Positions 1 to 15,100 of a stretch of 64,000 nucleotides of DNA are shown one piece after another. Every line of letters starts with the position of its first letter. Positions within the stretch are counted from its first letter, which is position 1. This DNA comes from Acanthaster planci. Lineage: Eukaryota. The stretch spans positions 5,791,068 to 5,855,067 of the forward strand of contig NW_019091355.1 in assembly GCF_001949145.1 (NCBI RefSeq), read 5' to 3'. Position numbers and translations under genes: made by a program. The notes under the pieces are model-generated. The model was given only the letters and a program-made list of their open reading frames with translations, had not been told where the DNA came from and did not search any database.

Positions 1-63
1 AAATAAGAGACTTAAGTTAATGATTGTATGAATGATCGATAAATTTTTCCATTGATGCGACAG

Positions 64-187
64 GCTCACAGCGTGCAATGTTCAAACAGGCCATGAGACA
101 TTGGGAGAATTACACCTGCATCACCTTTGTTGAGCGAGACCCTCTACAGCACAGGAATTATATCGTCTTCACTTACAGAGCATGTGG
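64..187 (+). CDS. BMP1: tolloid exon: astacin domain ([42 protein letters not shown])
   Basis: cag|GC acceptor, GG|gtaag donor; matches the BMP1 protease segment; not in ORF track. Confidence 0.93.
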
Positions 188-3100
188 GTAAGAAAAATTT
201 GAAAGCCTTTTTAAGGACATTTGCCAGAGTTTTTTCGAGGAGTCCATGTGAACATTCATTTTTTTCAAACTTCTAATGTTTCAGTCTTTTCTTGAAATGA
301 CTAAAGTGCTTGCTGCTCAGATCACATCGAAAAACTCTTTTTCCAGATTAAGAAATCCAAGAGATTAGATTCCCTTTAACCCTGCATAAGAGTTTTATAT
401 GATACAAATCACTTGAACTTGAAGGGGGTGCTAGGATAGACATCAGTAGTCAGTCAGTTTGCCTGCCGTATTTACTGACCTGAGTCTGGCTGAGAAGTTG
501 GGGAACTCCTGATGTGGAGCTTGAACTTATCCCACTGTTGATTGCATTTTGACTGTTGGCTACGGTGGTCTATTGGTACACACACGTGTATTTAGAGCAG
601 GCTATTGAAGCATTGATCTTACCTTCACACAGTTGCACTTTTGTAGAGATTAGCTAAGGATGTACAGTAAAAGAAATGCAGCTAAGCAAGAGAATAATTA
701 CTAAATTCAAGAAAATAGCACCAGGTAACGCATAGATTGTACAATGTACATAAGCAAACAGTACTTGCAAAACACATTAAAAATAACTTTCAAAACCTAT
801 CGGCACCTAACATATGGTGAGAAATCATGATTGACTAAAGCCAATTTATGAAAAAAATCCTTCAGAGCAGAACCCCCGTAAAATAACAATTATCTCAGCA
901 AGTTACATGTAATATGTACTATTGGAAACCTGAATCTATGGAGGCAATGCTTGTAAAGCCAACAGCATCGTGTGGTACGTTTGTTTGCAAGCGCAAGCAC
1001 ATCCGGGTTCTGCATACATATTTGTGATGAAATTCATCAACCAATCAGTGGCCTGGAAATCAATGTGCCTGTCAGGTGGCAGAATCATTCTTAAAAAATG
1101 TGTCAACACTTCAAAGACGTTGTGCCGTGAGTCAGCTGGAGAAAGTAGTGAATATAAAATACATTTTTGAGTCGGTCATAAACTGAACTTTCCGTAGCAT
1201 GTAAACTGAAACTCTGGCCACATTGAAAAATAGGAAAATTTTGCCGCATTTTTGGATGCAAATTTCTTGTGCTTTTGGACAATTATGTCATTTTAACACA
1301 TTTTTGACAATGATTTCGCTTAAACCTAGCATTTAATGAAAGATATGCATTCTTCAGCTATAATAGAAGTCAACGATTTGAGAGTATCGTTCTTAGCAGC
1401 AGCGAAATCCCTCAAATTCCTAATGCTCTCTTTCCTCATTTAATATGCAAGACGTCACACATACAGAAACATGCATATGTAGCTTTTGTGAGTGCTGCGG
1501 ACTGACTGTACCGGTATGTGGCGTGGCAAGCCAAGTGTTTAGGCCCCCCCCAATAAGTCAAAATAACCCAGCTCTTTGAGGATTAATTAAGAAACTCTTC
1601 AGACTTGATGTTATCTTTTGGAAGATCAGGAGGCCAGTCTTTGTCTCCCAGTTTCTCGGTCCTTTGAATGAACATTCTAACACCTAAGAAAATGGATACA
1701 CACTCTTGTCCATCTAATCAGCCCAGCTCAGGGATCCAAGTAATCACGAGGTCAAAACCACTGGCTTTGCAGTACTGTGGCATCTGACCCTTAGCTTTCC
1801 AACTAAGAGCACATGATACATGTACCCTTCCCTTCGCATTCTTTCCTTTTCCTTTCCTGCCCCCTCCCCTTCGTGCAACCCCCTTTTCACCACCAGAGTA
1901 GGTACTAGATACATGTACATGTAGCATTCTGAATCACAGGTCATAAGAGGTCAGTTTGAGGAAGGATTGGATTAGCTGTTTGCTGATTGATTCAGGACCC
2001 TGGAGGTTATAACCCTTGTCAAGGAAGCAATGACTAGAAACAATGAGGAATAAATTAGGAGGTCCTGAAAGTAAGCAAACAGATCTGTGGCAAAGAAACG
2101 AATTTGCAATTTCAAATGTGACAGACCAGTAGGTAATCACCCCATTCCCCCTCCCCACCAAAAAAAACCTAGTTGTTGCTCAGACAATGTAACATTTCAG
2201 TCTTTTCTTTCCAAATAAAATTTATTATTGGAAATCTGTTGTGGAATATTTTTCGTTTTTAGTACATCGGCATCATTTTTCCTATTTTGTCCCCTACTCC
2301 CCCAGGTGCTGTTCCTTTGTCGGCATGAGGGCTGAGGGGGCACAGGCCATCTCCATTGGCAAGAACTGTGACAAGTTTGGTGTGGTGGTCCATGAGTTGG
2401 GCCACGTTGTTGGCTTTTGGCACGAACACACCCGGCCAGACAGAGATGACCATGTCACCATTGTCAAGGAAAACATTTTGCCAGGTGTGACTTACTTATC
2501 ACAGGTTGTGTCTACTTGTAATGGATGTGGTTATAAATACAGTAGCATGCATGCTTATGAAAGCCAAAGCCTTACTTCTACAGCCAGTTTTCATATCTAT
2601 GAATGTACATGTATTACTCTTGGCAGGGTTCCCATGATCATGGAAAAATCCTGGGAAAAAACGTTCTGAAAAGTCATGGAAAATTAGGAAAAATAGGGTG
2701 TCATGAATCCTTATATTCAAGGAAAAGAGTCTCAGAGAAGTCATGGAAATCAAGATCATGCAGGGGTTATTTTTGGTGGGCTATTTTTGTTTTGATAATG
2801 GAGTAATGATAAATTTATGGGCTATACTTTGAATCTGTAGTAATGACTGTGGCATTCTTCCCGTTCATAATGACATTAAATGCCAAGGAAAATGTCATAT
2901 TTTCGTTCTGGAAAGTCCTGAAAAAATCATGGAGTTTGTTTTTCAGATATTCTGAGGGTCTCCTGTTTCAGCCACAGCCAGTTGATTTGGACATGGCTTG
3001 AGCTCCTCGTCAGGTTATTGCATGCTTCATCGTGCATTAATTATTTAGCTGCTCAGCTGAAAGATACTGCTGAGCAGACTGCACTGCTACATTCAAATGC

Positions 3101-6100
3101 ATGATTTCGTGGCATTCGTTATTCCTGTTTACCAAATAATTTTTTGAGCTTAACAAACAAGGCACCTGGCAGCACCTTGAAATTTGCCCTTGGTTGGGTA
3201 AATGAACGAACAAATATTTTTTAAACGAAAATTAGCCTTTATGCTGTTGGAAACCAAACCTCCACCTACATGTACCAACTTTTTAAATTTTCTTGCCAAA
3301 AATTAACAATTATAAGTATTGCACAGTTACAATTATTCCATAATAGATATCTGATAAATTAGTATTTTTTCCTCAAATATTTTAAGAAAGTGGAATGTTG
3401 AGCTCTTAAAAATAGTTTCAAAAGAGAAGTAGTTGTTTTTTGAGAAGTATCCATATTTGAAAGATAACAAATTGTTAATTTTGCATTCATGATGTACCTG
3501 TAACATGTAGGAAGTTTGCCCTGTAGATCTACATGAATCTCATAAGACTACCCTTGCTAATATCACTTCATCACTTACAATGTGCTTGTGCTAGCATTGC
3601 TAAAATTAAAACAAAACATGAACATAAAAAGGGTTGAAAGTCTGTACCCTCTTTAAAGCTAGCATATCAATCGCTCATGCACAGAAGGTGGTGGAAAATC
3701 ACCATCCGGAACTGGCATTTCATTGTTGAACCAGACACATTTCCTGCAGTGTAATATGAAAACCAGCTGCATGTTAGCATTTTCTGCACGAAATCCCACT
3801 TGAACGCAGATTAAGGGGGTTAATTGAATATGGGCCCTTGTGACATGTGCCATAGAAATCTCTGGTTTGTTTAATTCCGGCAACCCCACAGGAAGACTGG
3901 GGGGATCAGAAAAGGTTCTAGAATTAACTGCAGTGCTGCATATGCATGCTTGTAGTCTTGTTTATTTGGGTGGATGTTTTTAGCCTCATTAAGCCTTTGG
4001 TTTAGGTAAAGTTTTCCACGTTCAGACACTAATGTTTCTTCCATTAACATACTTCACTTGATGTAGCACAGTGCACAGGTTGGGCCAGGGTTGAGCTGAC
4101 CTTTGCTATTTTGGCCATTAGTGGGCCAGTCATGTACATGATTTGATTGAGAGAGTGCCAGCCTCGCCACAGGTGGATGCAGCATGCATCACCCCAGAGA
4201 CTGAGCCCAAATGTTACTGAAAGTGGCAATATCATCCCATGTTGAATTTCAGCAAAAATGAATTTGACAATAAGTTGGGCTAGAAGTGAGATTGAGCACT
4301 GATCCAGAAAGATTTCCCAAGACTGATAGATGAAAAATGTGGTGGGTCTATATGTGAGCAATTAATTTTCCTACACTCAATTTTTGTGCATCATTGAACT
4401 CTAACATTGTTTCTGTTTGGGGTGGAGTTGAAAAGTACACTTCTTAAACTCCAAACATTGTCCATGCTTTTCTGAACGACTGAGGTGAGGATGAAATTAC
4501 TGCAAAGAAGACACTGTTTGTTTTTCTGTCAAAGCTGTGAACCCAAAATGTGTTCTATGGAAACATTTCTGAGAAAGGGTTACTCGCTGCCATGTACTGT
4601 GTACTTGCAGAATAATAAATCACCAATGAACCAGAAATTTAGGACAACAACATATAAACAATTCCAGCAGTTTTTACCAATGTATGAAACCTGTGGTTTT
4701 CTCCCTGGGGTGACATTACAGTTTTTCTCATGAATATGGAAATATCATCAGATACAACCTAAAAAGGTGCCAAAATACCTTTTTAAATAGTAAAAGACAA
4801 AAAATGAAAACAAGGTTAATTTTTGAAACACAAAGGTACGTGTACATTATCAAGGTTTATTGTACAATAATTCCTTTGCATGGACCCTTTCAACTGGGCT
4901 TGGTTGCAGCAGCATGACTTGGATCTGTGTTGTGAGGGGGCCAATTGAGAAGGGAACTCAATAATTAGAGAGGGCCATTCAGTGGGTTCAGGGAACAGTA
5001 CAAAGGCCCTCAGTTCTTCTTCATCTCGCAATTGAAGGAGTCAGGGGTCCATGCCCTTTTGTTGCACCACTGCTTGGCTGACATCATGCCGGAATCACAT
5101 AGAATGGATTCCAAAATCAAACTTAGGAACAAAATTCAGACTGCACTTCAATTTTCTCATAGCTGATTCCTGGTGTTTGAAGATCAGTATGAGGATGGGT
5201 CAACTCCAGGATTTGTATATAAACCGCAGGTAACTTTTGGAAGAGATGGAATCTGTGATGAATGGAGCTTGCAACTGTTGAACAAAACGGAGGCAATAAA
5301 TAAGCACATAGAGAGTAGTTTACCTTTGATCACTTTGTACTTGCCTCTGCAGTTTATAAAAATTTTTAAAAGGCTTTTCTATTTTTGAGTGGTTTGTAAT
5401 GAAAAGTACAACTGCAGAAAATAATGGAGGTGTCAAAGAATAATTTTTAAAACTAATGATGTTGTGTAGTTACTTTAGCCATTTAAAATTTATAATTAGC
5501 CGTTTTGAAAATCTTCTGTTTTTGAGAGAGAAATTCATTGGCGGTTCTGAATAGATCAATGACTTTTTCAAGATGTACTCTGCATCAAGGAGATGTTTAT
5601 TTCAATTACTGGTTTTTTCCTTACTTGACATATATATTTATAAACACTGTATGGTCAGTGCTTGTCCGGGACCTTGCGAAAAAAATTCCTAAGCTTACTC
5701 ATGTACCAACGTGAGTAATGTAATACATGAACCGGCCCTCTTCGTTGCCTTTCCCCATGAGATATTTGATTCACATTGGTTTCTTGTAAGTTAATTTTAA
5801 AAAGGAAATGTGGAAACTACCTAAACTTTTGTAAAATATAAAAGTATTGTAAAAATAATGTGGAAAAGTAATGGCAGGTACCCGTGTTAAGCACAGTAGT
5901 GTTCAATTGTTGAATGTAAATTACATTGATTCCTCAAGGTGGTACATCCCATGGCTTTGCATCATGATACACGGAATGCCTGCGTGCGTGTGTGAACCAT
6001 CCTTTAAAATGGCCTTGGGGAAGAATTTTGACATCATCCCTTTGTAAAGTCATTTCTCGTTGCTTAGTCATCGCGTACTTTGTGCAGCGCTATACCTCTT

Positions 6101-9100
6101 GGTGTAATTTTCCAATCAAGTCACCTTGCACTTGTCAAGTTGGCAGCGATTAGTCTAGATTTCAAGAGGCCAGATTTCCAGAGCACGCCAGTCATAGCTG
6201 TGTAATAGACACTTCTGTCAATTCTCCCCAACAAGAGAGATTTGGTTCTTAAGTGGGTCAGAAGTGTGGTCGTTGATCGGTGTCAGGCTGAAATGTGAAG
6301 ACAGCATGTGCTCAGTTTTGGACAGTTTGCCAATCAAAAGCGAAAGTGTGTTATGACTAAAAGGAAAAAAACCACTTGGGATGATTGGAGGAGATTGCCA
6401 GCCAGTTTGCAATGTGTTTGAATTTGAGGAAAAAAAACAGCAAGAAATTTCTTCTTGTATATGTTGTCAAACCATAGATATGGGTAGAAATTTATTGCAA
6501 CTGTTTTCCACGTGGTGTAAACTAAGAAGCAGCAGTGTCAAATAAGTTTCACGTAATATCTCAATTTAGATACCTTAGCATGAATCTTTAGGAAAGGATA
6601 TCAGACTATTTGCAATCATCAGATAATAACCCTCCTGCCTTTTAACTTCCTGCTGGGGGCATTTATAAATTATGATTCTGCTGGGCTGGAGTATTTTTCA
6701 TTTTTTTCTCTTTTCAAAAATCTTTCGAAATTCATATCTCCATTTACTGGACACTTACACCCACACGAAGGACTGTCTGGTTCTGCTCTAATCTGATAGA
6801 CAACATCTATTGATGCTGGAGTATTTCAGCCAGGCCTGCCGCCTTGTAAAAAAAAGCCCAGATTGTGCGGTGTTCCGCATTTTTCTTTTGTTCCCAAAAC
6901 TGGCACAGTGCGCTGCTGACATTTTTTCAGTAGGGGCCAGATTAGCGTGCAGCAGTACTGTGTGGCTCATCGCTGCAGTGGTGGAGTACTTTTGTCCCTG
7001 GTGGTAATCCGCTCACACTGAATGCCCCAAACAGTGGTATACTGTTTCAAAAAAATGCTGGATTATCTTCAGTATTGACAGTGAAAAAATGTTGGTAATT
7101 CCATGCAGCCTGGTGTTTTCTTACGAGTACGTTCTTTTGTTACAAGGCCCAGTTCCCTTTGTCCGATTTCGGGCACCCTGGGTGCGCATATAAAAAATAC
7201 GCACCCAAAACCAGGCTCCCCAGCAGCAAGTGATTAAAGTAAAGACAAACATTAAAACAAAACTTTACATGGAGGTCATGTTTAAAGAACCCATGTTTCT
7301 TTTAAATAGGACTACTTTATTTCTCAAATACAAGTAAGTTTCCAGAAATGTGTTTCAATCAATTTCTTGTGAAGTACACTTGACCTATATGTACATGTAC
7401 ATACCAGTATCACATCCTTTTGTATGCACAGAACTGAACAGTATTTAGTGCATGAAAGCACATTAAGCTGTGATTCATTGCTCTCCCTTTGATTTATTTA
7501 TAACACAACTGTAGGATTTCAGAGAAGTTGGTAATCACTACTCATTTTCTGCAAGTCTTGGCCTTGGCTTTTATGAGATCTTTTTCCTTGCCCTTTAACC
7601 CTAACCGCTAAGCATATTGTTCGGCTTACACTATGCAGTACTACAAAATACTAAGTAATAGTTTGAGCCTGAAGGACCTAGCGCTACAGATTACTACTTC
7701 TGGCCAGGTTACTTCCATTGTTACTTGTACAGAGAACAATAAAGCCATGCATTCATGGTGCAACAACTCTGTATGGTACATTGTCTTATCTACTATATCT
7801 TACGGCTTCCCAGAACAATAGGGTCATTTTCTCTTACAAGCGACAGCGCTCAGTACTACATTTTACTACAAGTAGTAATTTGTAGTATTATGTAGGGTAA
7901 GGGTTAATGACATACAGAGATGGTCTCTTGAAGAGATATACATGTACTTGAACATGTGGACATGCATCTTACCTAGGGTAATAGGTTAGTCATGTTTGCT
8001 TCAGTGTACATGTACATGTATGCCCTTGGGTCACAGGTCTGATCTGATTGGCATTGGGAGCATGTTATAAATATGCGTAAATATGTATTTGATTTTTGTA
8101 CAAATTCTTTGTACTGGGAAGAGGAATGAATTAAGCCACCATCAATGTTATACTCCTATGTACAATAGACATTGTGCATACATGTATATGAGAGAAGAAG
8201 TGCTGTCTAAACACATTGGGTTCTCCTGTAATTTTACATTTACCGATTTAGTAAACAGTAATTTATCACTGCTATTCTATTCACTTGTTTCATGTTCTGA
8301 GTTTAATACCTTGAGGTGAAAGGTCAAAGAGTTTAATTGTTTTGCAAGAAATCATAGACCCTTGGACGACCTCAGCGTGTGAACAATGAACAAATCGTGC
8401 ATGGATACTAGATGCAGCAGTTATTGACTCAAAGTGTCTTCCCCTCCTTCCTACAAGTATTTGTTTTCAATGGGGGGTTGTTTAGGATCGGCATTCACCG
8501 GTACATAATATTTTTTCCTCAAATTTTCAGAAGTAACCGTGCAGAAAATTTGCTTTTTAAAATCAAAATTTTGAGTGTGCTTCATGTAAGTGAACCCAAG
8601 TTTCAAACAATAATCTAATTTATTGAAATTTTATGACAAGAACTAATAGCTTCTGTATCCTTCTAAAAAAAATGTATAAATAATGATATACAGTGCAAAC
8701 CAAGAGCCTGCTATTCTTCAATAGTTTGTACACTGTTTGACTTTAATGATCAATAACCCAGACCTACATCTAGTGAGTTATGAGCCACATGTAATTATGG
8801 TTGAAATGGCATTGCATGAATGTAGATTATGAAGCATTGATCATATACATCATGGGAACTTGTCATTCCCGAGCAGGAATCCCATTCGCGTTCTCAACCT
8901 ACTAGTGAAGGCATCCCTCTACTTGCAGAATGTGTCACGGCCAAAAGGAATGATTTATTCATTGTGTGCAGTGAATACAAATTGCACGTCATCAGGCTTA
9001 TAATGGAAAATTCTGGCTCAGATTCAAGTATCAATAGGAATTCACTTTCCCGGAAACTTCAAAAGTTATGTTTTAGAGAATTGAATAAACATGCCCATGA

Positions 9101-12100
9101 GAGCATGTGTTACTTTAAAAGAGTGTGCATGCATCTGAGAATCCCTGATTGTCGACATTTTTCTTTTGTGGGAGCTCACTTTCTCATGAATGTGATAAAA
9201 AAATCTACTTGTGGTAGGTTTTATAGAATGCCTTGTCAGCATCCATAAAAACATGTACTTACCTGTCAAAGTACTTGTAAGTGTATGAAGTTATTAGTTC
9301 TGATGCAGATCATGAATCACAGTCTTACAGGAACTTCATGTACTATTTAACCATAAACCCCTCGACTGTCTGAAAATTACTGACAACATTCAGGAACTCT
9401 GTCCTTACTTGGTCAACTTCCCCTTGTTTTCAGAAAATCTCAACAGAGCTTTGCACCTGTTGCTGGGAGTCCTTTTTAATTACCAGCTTGACATTGATGT
9501 GTGGGGAATAAACATGATAACATATCCATCTAGTTATGGCTCTGGCCATGAAAAGGTCTGTCTGTCAAGCAAGAATGCCAACTATGAGTACAAATGGGGA
9601 ATTACATGTTTTTACCAACTTCGAATTACTAACAACTTGTACAACCTTCAGAGTAAAGTGCCCAGAATGATTTAAGAATCTGTATCTGGCTTATAACATT
9701 TGTTATGGAACCCAAAGTTAATGCTTCTCAGGGTCAGGTGTATTACTAAGTTCTGAGAAATGATGTTTCTGCAGCATGGCATGCTAGCTATTGTTTTCAT
9801 CATGGAAATGGACAAGTACACTATTCCCCCTCACCTGAGACATAATAGATTGGGCCGACACTTGAATACTATTGTCTGCGCAGCATATAAAGAATCATAT
9901 ATAAAGAATCTTTGGATTTCTGCATTATCAGATGGAAGTTTTTTGTGCATTCTGCATGCTACCATTATATTCAACTAATGGCGCTGAGGGACATAACTGC
10001 TAGATGTATATAAAAAAAATTTCCTCCTTTTACTTGGAGACCTACTGGAGTAGCTTCAAAGTAGCACCGTTGAATTCCTACAAAAACAGGGACTTTGGAA
10101 AAAGTTATTGCATCTGTCCCTCCCTAAAATAATAAAAAACCAACAGAATCCAATCAGATAGAAACAGAGCAAGCCCTAGTTTCAGAGAAGAATTATAGCA
10201 AAGCAACACCTGCAGAAACAGGTGGCTGTAGAGATAGTGGACACTTCCCCACTCTGGGGTCTGACCGTGATCAATCATTCATTACTGTTTGTTTTCTAAC
10301 ATCCTAAATCATCCCCAAAGGCTTGGGGTAAATTGGCAGGAGGACTTATTAAAAGAGGCGATTGTCATTTGATCCAGATTAAGTCCCCCGCTGGGGTTGT
10401 GCCCCCATGATGGGCCTATCCTAAATCATATTTATATTAGGCTTCTTATTTCTCCATGGATAAAGTATAGAATACCTGGCAAGAGTTCATCAAAGTTAAA
10501 AGCAGCTGAGTTGTTCCCTCTGTGTGGTACAGAGTCTGTACCTTTGTGATCCTTCTTAACTATGCTTATCTTTATAGGGCCTCCTTTTGAGGTCAATGGG
10601 GAAAATCTGTGTGACCGGTATTGCAGACTCCATTTAATTTTCCTCTCAAAACCACACTCTAGAAATGCCTTCTCTCACAGATGATTTTTAAGCCACCATT
10701 GCAACCCTTTCACAGCGTTAGTCCTGTTGTGTGAGGGTTGTACCTTAAGAAATGCTGCTCTGTGTTATGTATTAAACTACAAGTTGCAAATTGTTTACAC
10801 ACCTTTTTAGGAAAAGGTAAAGTTAACAACAGGTCAAATTATTGTATTCATGCTACATCAGCAGTTACATTGAGTCATTGTGTGCCTTTCGGTGTTCCTC
10901 AACTTCTGTGTTTATAATTTATTCTGTTATATCAAGTTCCAGAACTTATGCCAGATTAATTTCACATATACTTTTGTCCCGATAAGCTTGATGCAGATTG
11001 TCAAATTGTTTGGCCATATCATTCATAATCATTCATAATCTTTTAATTTCATATTTTCATGAAATACTTCCAAATTTGGGCAGTGCCTTTTGAATTCATA
11101 ATTTTAAGACCATATTTTTAATCTCTTGGCATGTGCTGTTAATAATATGAAACAGTTGAGTGTATCTAGATCTTAAAAATTGTACTTGAAATCTGGGCCT
11201 CCCAGAAACAACAAACTTCTCTGAAAATAATCTGGTGTCTTTTCTCTAAAGTGCAGGTTACATTCTAATTAGAAAAGCATTGTCAACACCTCATGATTTA
11301 AGTGTCTGACCCATAACTGTCTGCCAACAAATCTCTTTGCGGTTCTTCTCCTTGGGTGCATGAATCTCAGGTTGAATAGGGTTGAGTTGCATCCATTTCA
11401 ACATGACCAAATAAACGGTTGGCCAAGATTGATTTAGAAGCAGGCCCACCTTGGGTAGGTAGGGTACATAAATGTTTGTCTTGCCCTAGCAAATGGTTCT
11501 TTGTAAATGCCCACAACCTCTTGCGGTAATTGGGTTCATTGAAACATCCTGTCTATCCCTGCATTCTGTCAACAAAAAGTCTGCTTTTAAAGAGAAGATT
11601 TCAGTTAGAAAAGTCACAGATGACAAGCTTTTGAGATCACTTTGAATTGTTGATATTTATGGCACAGCTTCCACAAATAGCACCATCAACTTCTCAGTAC
11701 TTAGGCTGTAATGGTTCCAAAAGTTGAGAAGGTAAACTTTTGGGATGGTCGACCTCCAACTGCAGGTTTGTAGTCGCCTGCTTTTAAAGCAGGAGCTAGA
11801 GGATTCAAAACAAGTTTCCAATTTGTGTTTTAAAGTCAAGCTTTCGCAGAACTTTTTAAGAAAGTAGCTTTTTTGTGTGCTGGTTTAGAACACTTGTTCT
11901 AAAGAAGTGATTTAATACTTCCTATCGTCCTGGATTCTCAAACTAGGTTTACAGAGTAGATAATGCTGTTAACAAAGGCATAATGGAGCACTATTTTAAT
12001 CTGTAAGAAACTCAAAAAAGCTTTTAAATTTCTAAATTTGATATTTGTGTAACTTGAAAGACCTTAGTAATTAAAACACCTGCCATATGTCTGTTTTGGA

Positions 12101-15100
12101 TTGCTTTGGAAAATTTCGGACATGTTTTTGAAACCTCAAACAAGAATCATATTTGTAATATCCATTTGATAGCCAGGAACATGTTTAAGGTGGTGCCAAA
12201 AGATGCAGAGCCAGAACTGGTTGTGGTATCCTAAAGAGACATAGTACATGTACAAGTTAGCAGATAGTATAGTTGGCCAATGTCATTTTCACTCAATATT
12301 TGGTAATTTTCTTATCACTGCTGCTCTGGAAAAGAACCCATTCTAGTTTGCTGCCTGTAGAAACAAATTTACATGTACATACATGTGTAATTCAATTTTT
12401 TTGGAGACAACAAAACATTGTCTGCATATTTTCCAGCCAACTCCAACTTTCATTTCTCATTTGATTATAACAATAGTATCAAACCACAGTTCTTCAAACC
12501 CAAACAGTGACTAAAGCAAAAACCTGTCTGCTCATGATAACATACCCCTGCATATGTACATGTAAGTTGACCACCCCTACACCATATTTTTTGGATGATC
12601 ATTTGAAATTCCTGCCTTGATCTAACCAGCCTTTAAGTGTGGCTTCTTTTTAAGTAGTTTATTCCTCTCTTTGAAGCAACAGTCCAATGACCTACTTATT
12701 ATGTTTTGGCCCCCTCCCCCTCACCTTCCAGGTCAGGAATACAACTTCAACAAGCTGCTACCTGAGGAAGTTGATTCCCTTGGCCAACCGTATGACTTTG
12801 CCAGCATCATGCATTACGCCCGGAACACGTTCTCCCGTGGCATCTGGCTGGACACCGTCATCCCCCGTAGAGCATCCGACGGTATGCAGCGACCAGAGAT
12901 AGAGATTGGTCAGCGAAAGCAGCTGAGCGAGGGCGATATCACCCAGGCTAATTTGCTGTACAAATGCCCTTGTATGTATCAAATGTCACGTCTAGGGATT
13001 CTTTATACTAATCTAGCTTATGCCAAGGCCGAGCAAGATAACTAAAATTTCAGAAAGTAGTTTGCTTTAATAATTAGAAAAGCTGTGAGGAACCTTGCTA
13101 TACAACTGATTCCTCACATTCATGTCCAAGTCATGTTAAGAAGATCTTGAAAAGATTTGGATTTTCAGATACCGTAAAGCACATATCTGGGGTCAAAGTA
13201 AACATCTCAATTGCTTCACTAACCATTGCTATTTTCGGCCTGTCGAGCTGAGAATTTATCAGTTCTGAGGTTTTTTCAAGGGGGGGAGGGAACTGGGAAA
13301 TTGGGTCAAGTACCAAGATATTGTTTGCATTGTTGGTGATTTCGAGTAGCCCTGGAACAAACTTTTCAAATTACTCAAACGGTTTTGTGACCATTGTCAA
13401 AAACCTTTCAGTGGGATTGAAGGAACAGTTCAGTTGCAAAGGTTCATCACAATGGACATGTGTTATTTGATTATTAGAGAGAATAGAGATCAGAGACATC
13501 ACCCCCTTCTCGCCATGATAGTATTTGTCTTAATCTCCTGTGCCATTTGGGGCTTACCTAAACAGGGTACATGTACATTAAAACAGGTAATTTAAAAAAG
13601 GGCGTTCATTTTTTTAAGATATGAGCTTTAAAATTGTCAGTGAGATTGGATCTCTAAGGATACTTGTATGTACCTGTACCCTTGTAGTCAAGGATGACTC
13701 ACTGCCATTTAGAATCGTACTTCATTGAAGCTAATGAGGTAATCCAGTGTTGAGATGAGCTGTCCAAAACGATAAATGCACCATCAATGTAGATTATGTA
13801 TTGAAAGAGGGGTTTCTCATTAGGTTGTTGGAGTGCCATTTTTATACACCCTGGAAAAGTTGGTTTAATGTGTGGACATAGTGACCTTCAAATCTTTATT
13901 AAGACTTAACCCCTTCGCGTCGGGATGCGGCAAGACCCGCCGTAAAAATTGAGATCCTCAGCCCGCTTTTTAGCTATAATTCTCGCCCCACGCTTGAGTG
14001 AACACGGTGAAAGAAGGCATACCCTGGCTCTTGTATATATGGTAATTGGCCTTTGTGTGTAGCCCAGAAATGAAAAGACCGAATTTGCATAATAATCACC
14101 AGCTTCACAATAGTCCCCACTTTGAAAAGAGGCAACAGGAATGTGGAAGTGTGAGTAGAGCAAAATGCCACCAAACAATCAGCCTTTTCACCGTGTAATT
14201 CAAAGTGTGCAAAGCACGCTGGGCCACAAACCGAGAATTTGCGGTTTGGCAGGTGGCCTTCGTGGCCAAGCGAGGCTGGAATTCTTGGAGTTGGCTTTCG
14301 GAAAGAAATTCCCGTCGACAAGGGGTTAAACTGAAATTGAGCTACATGTAGGTGATTTCAGGAAAAAGGTGAAATACTTTACAGTCTCTTGTTAAGTTTG
14401 CTTGCACCATTTCTGTTATTTCGACAGTGGACACTTATAGAGTACGGAAGTGTGACATTATTATGAACCAGGAAGTGTAGTGTAAACGAATGGAGTACGG
14501 GCGTGTTGGTTCACGCAGTGGTTCTCACGTGAATGCCTCTTAAACACATAATTGTGATGTATTCACTTAGGTAGTTTATAGAAGTTTTGGTTTGTTACCT
14601 TTATTAGACATTACTGGGCATACACTCAAACATCTTGTATGGTGGCATTTTGCTCTCATCCTGTTCCTTTTCCTTCACTGCCACCTTTTTATGATTTTCA
14701 GAAAAAGTATGCGTTTTATATTTTCTGTTATTATTCATTCATATTATTTCTCAAAACATCCATGTAGCTGAACTTTACGTTAATGTTTCTTGACACACTT
14801 CCGCCTTCTCTAATCACTCTCTTGGTCTTTGAAACATCCACTGGAATGAAGAACAGAATGGAAAAAAGCTTAATCTCCAAACAAATTTTGTTTTGAAACA
14901 TTGGGGAGGAAGCTCAACACAGCCTTTCTGTATATTCTTTTATCTTCAAGGCCTCTGTTACCAATATTTCACCTTCAAGGCCTCTGTTACCAATATTTCA
15001 CCTTCCTGTTGACTTCCTCATTCTTCTCTTCCCCCCCGCCCAAAAAAAAGCTTGCGGCCGCACTCTTCAAGAAACAACAGGAAATTTCAGCTCTCCAGGC

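Noticed and set aside
13418..13891. Possible Kolobok-like MITE (TTGAAGG...CCTTCAA)
   Set aside because: Only ~7-9 bp of terminal match and no perfect TTAA; insufficient without a repeat library.
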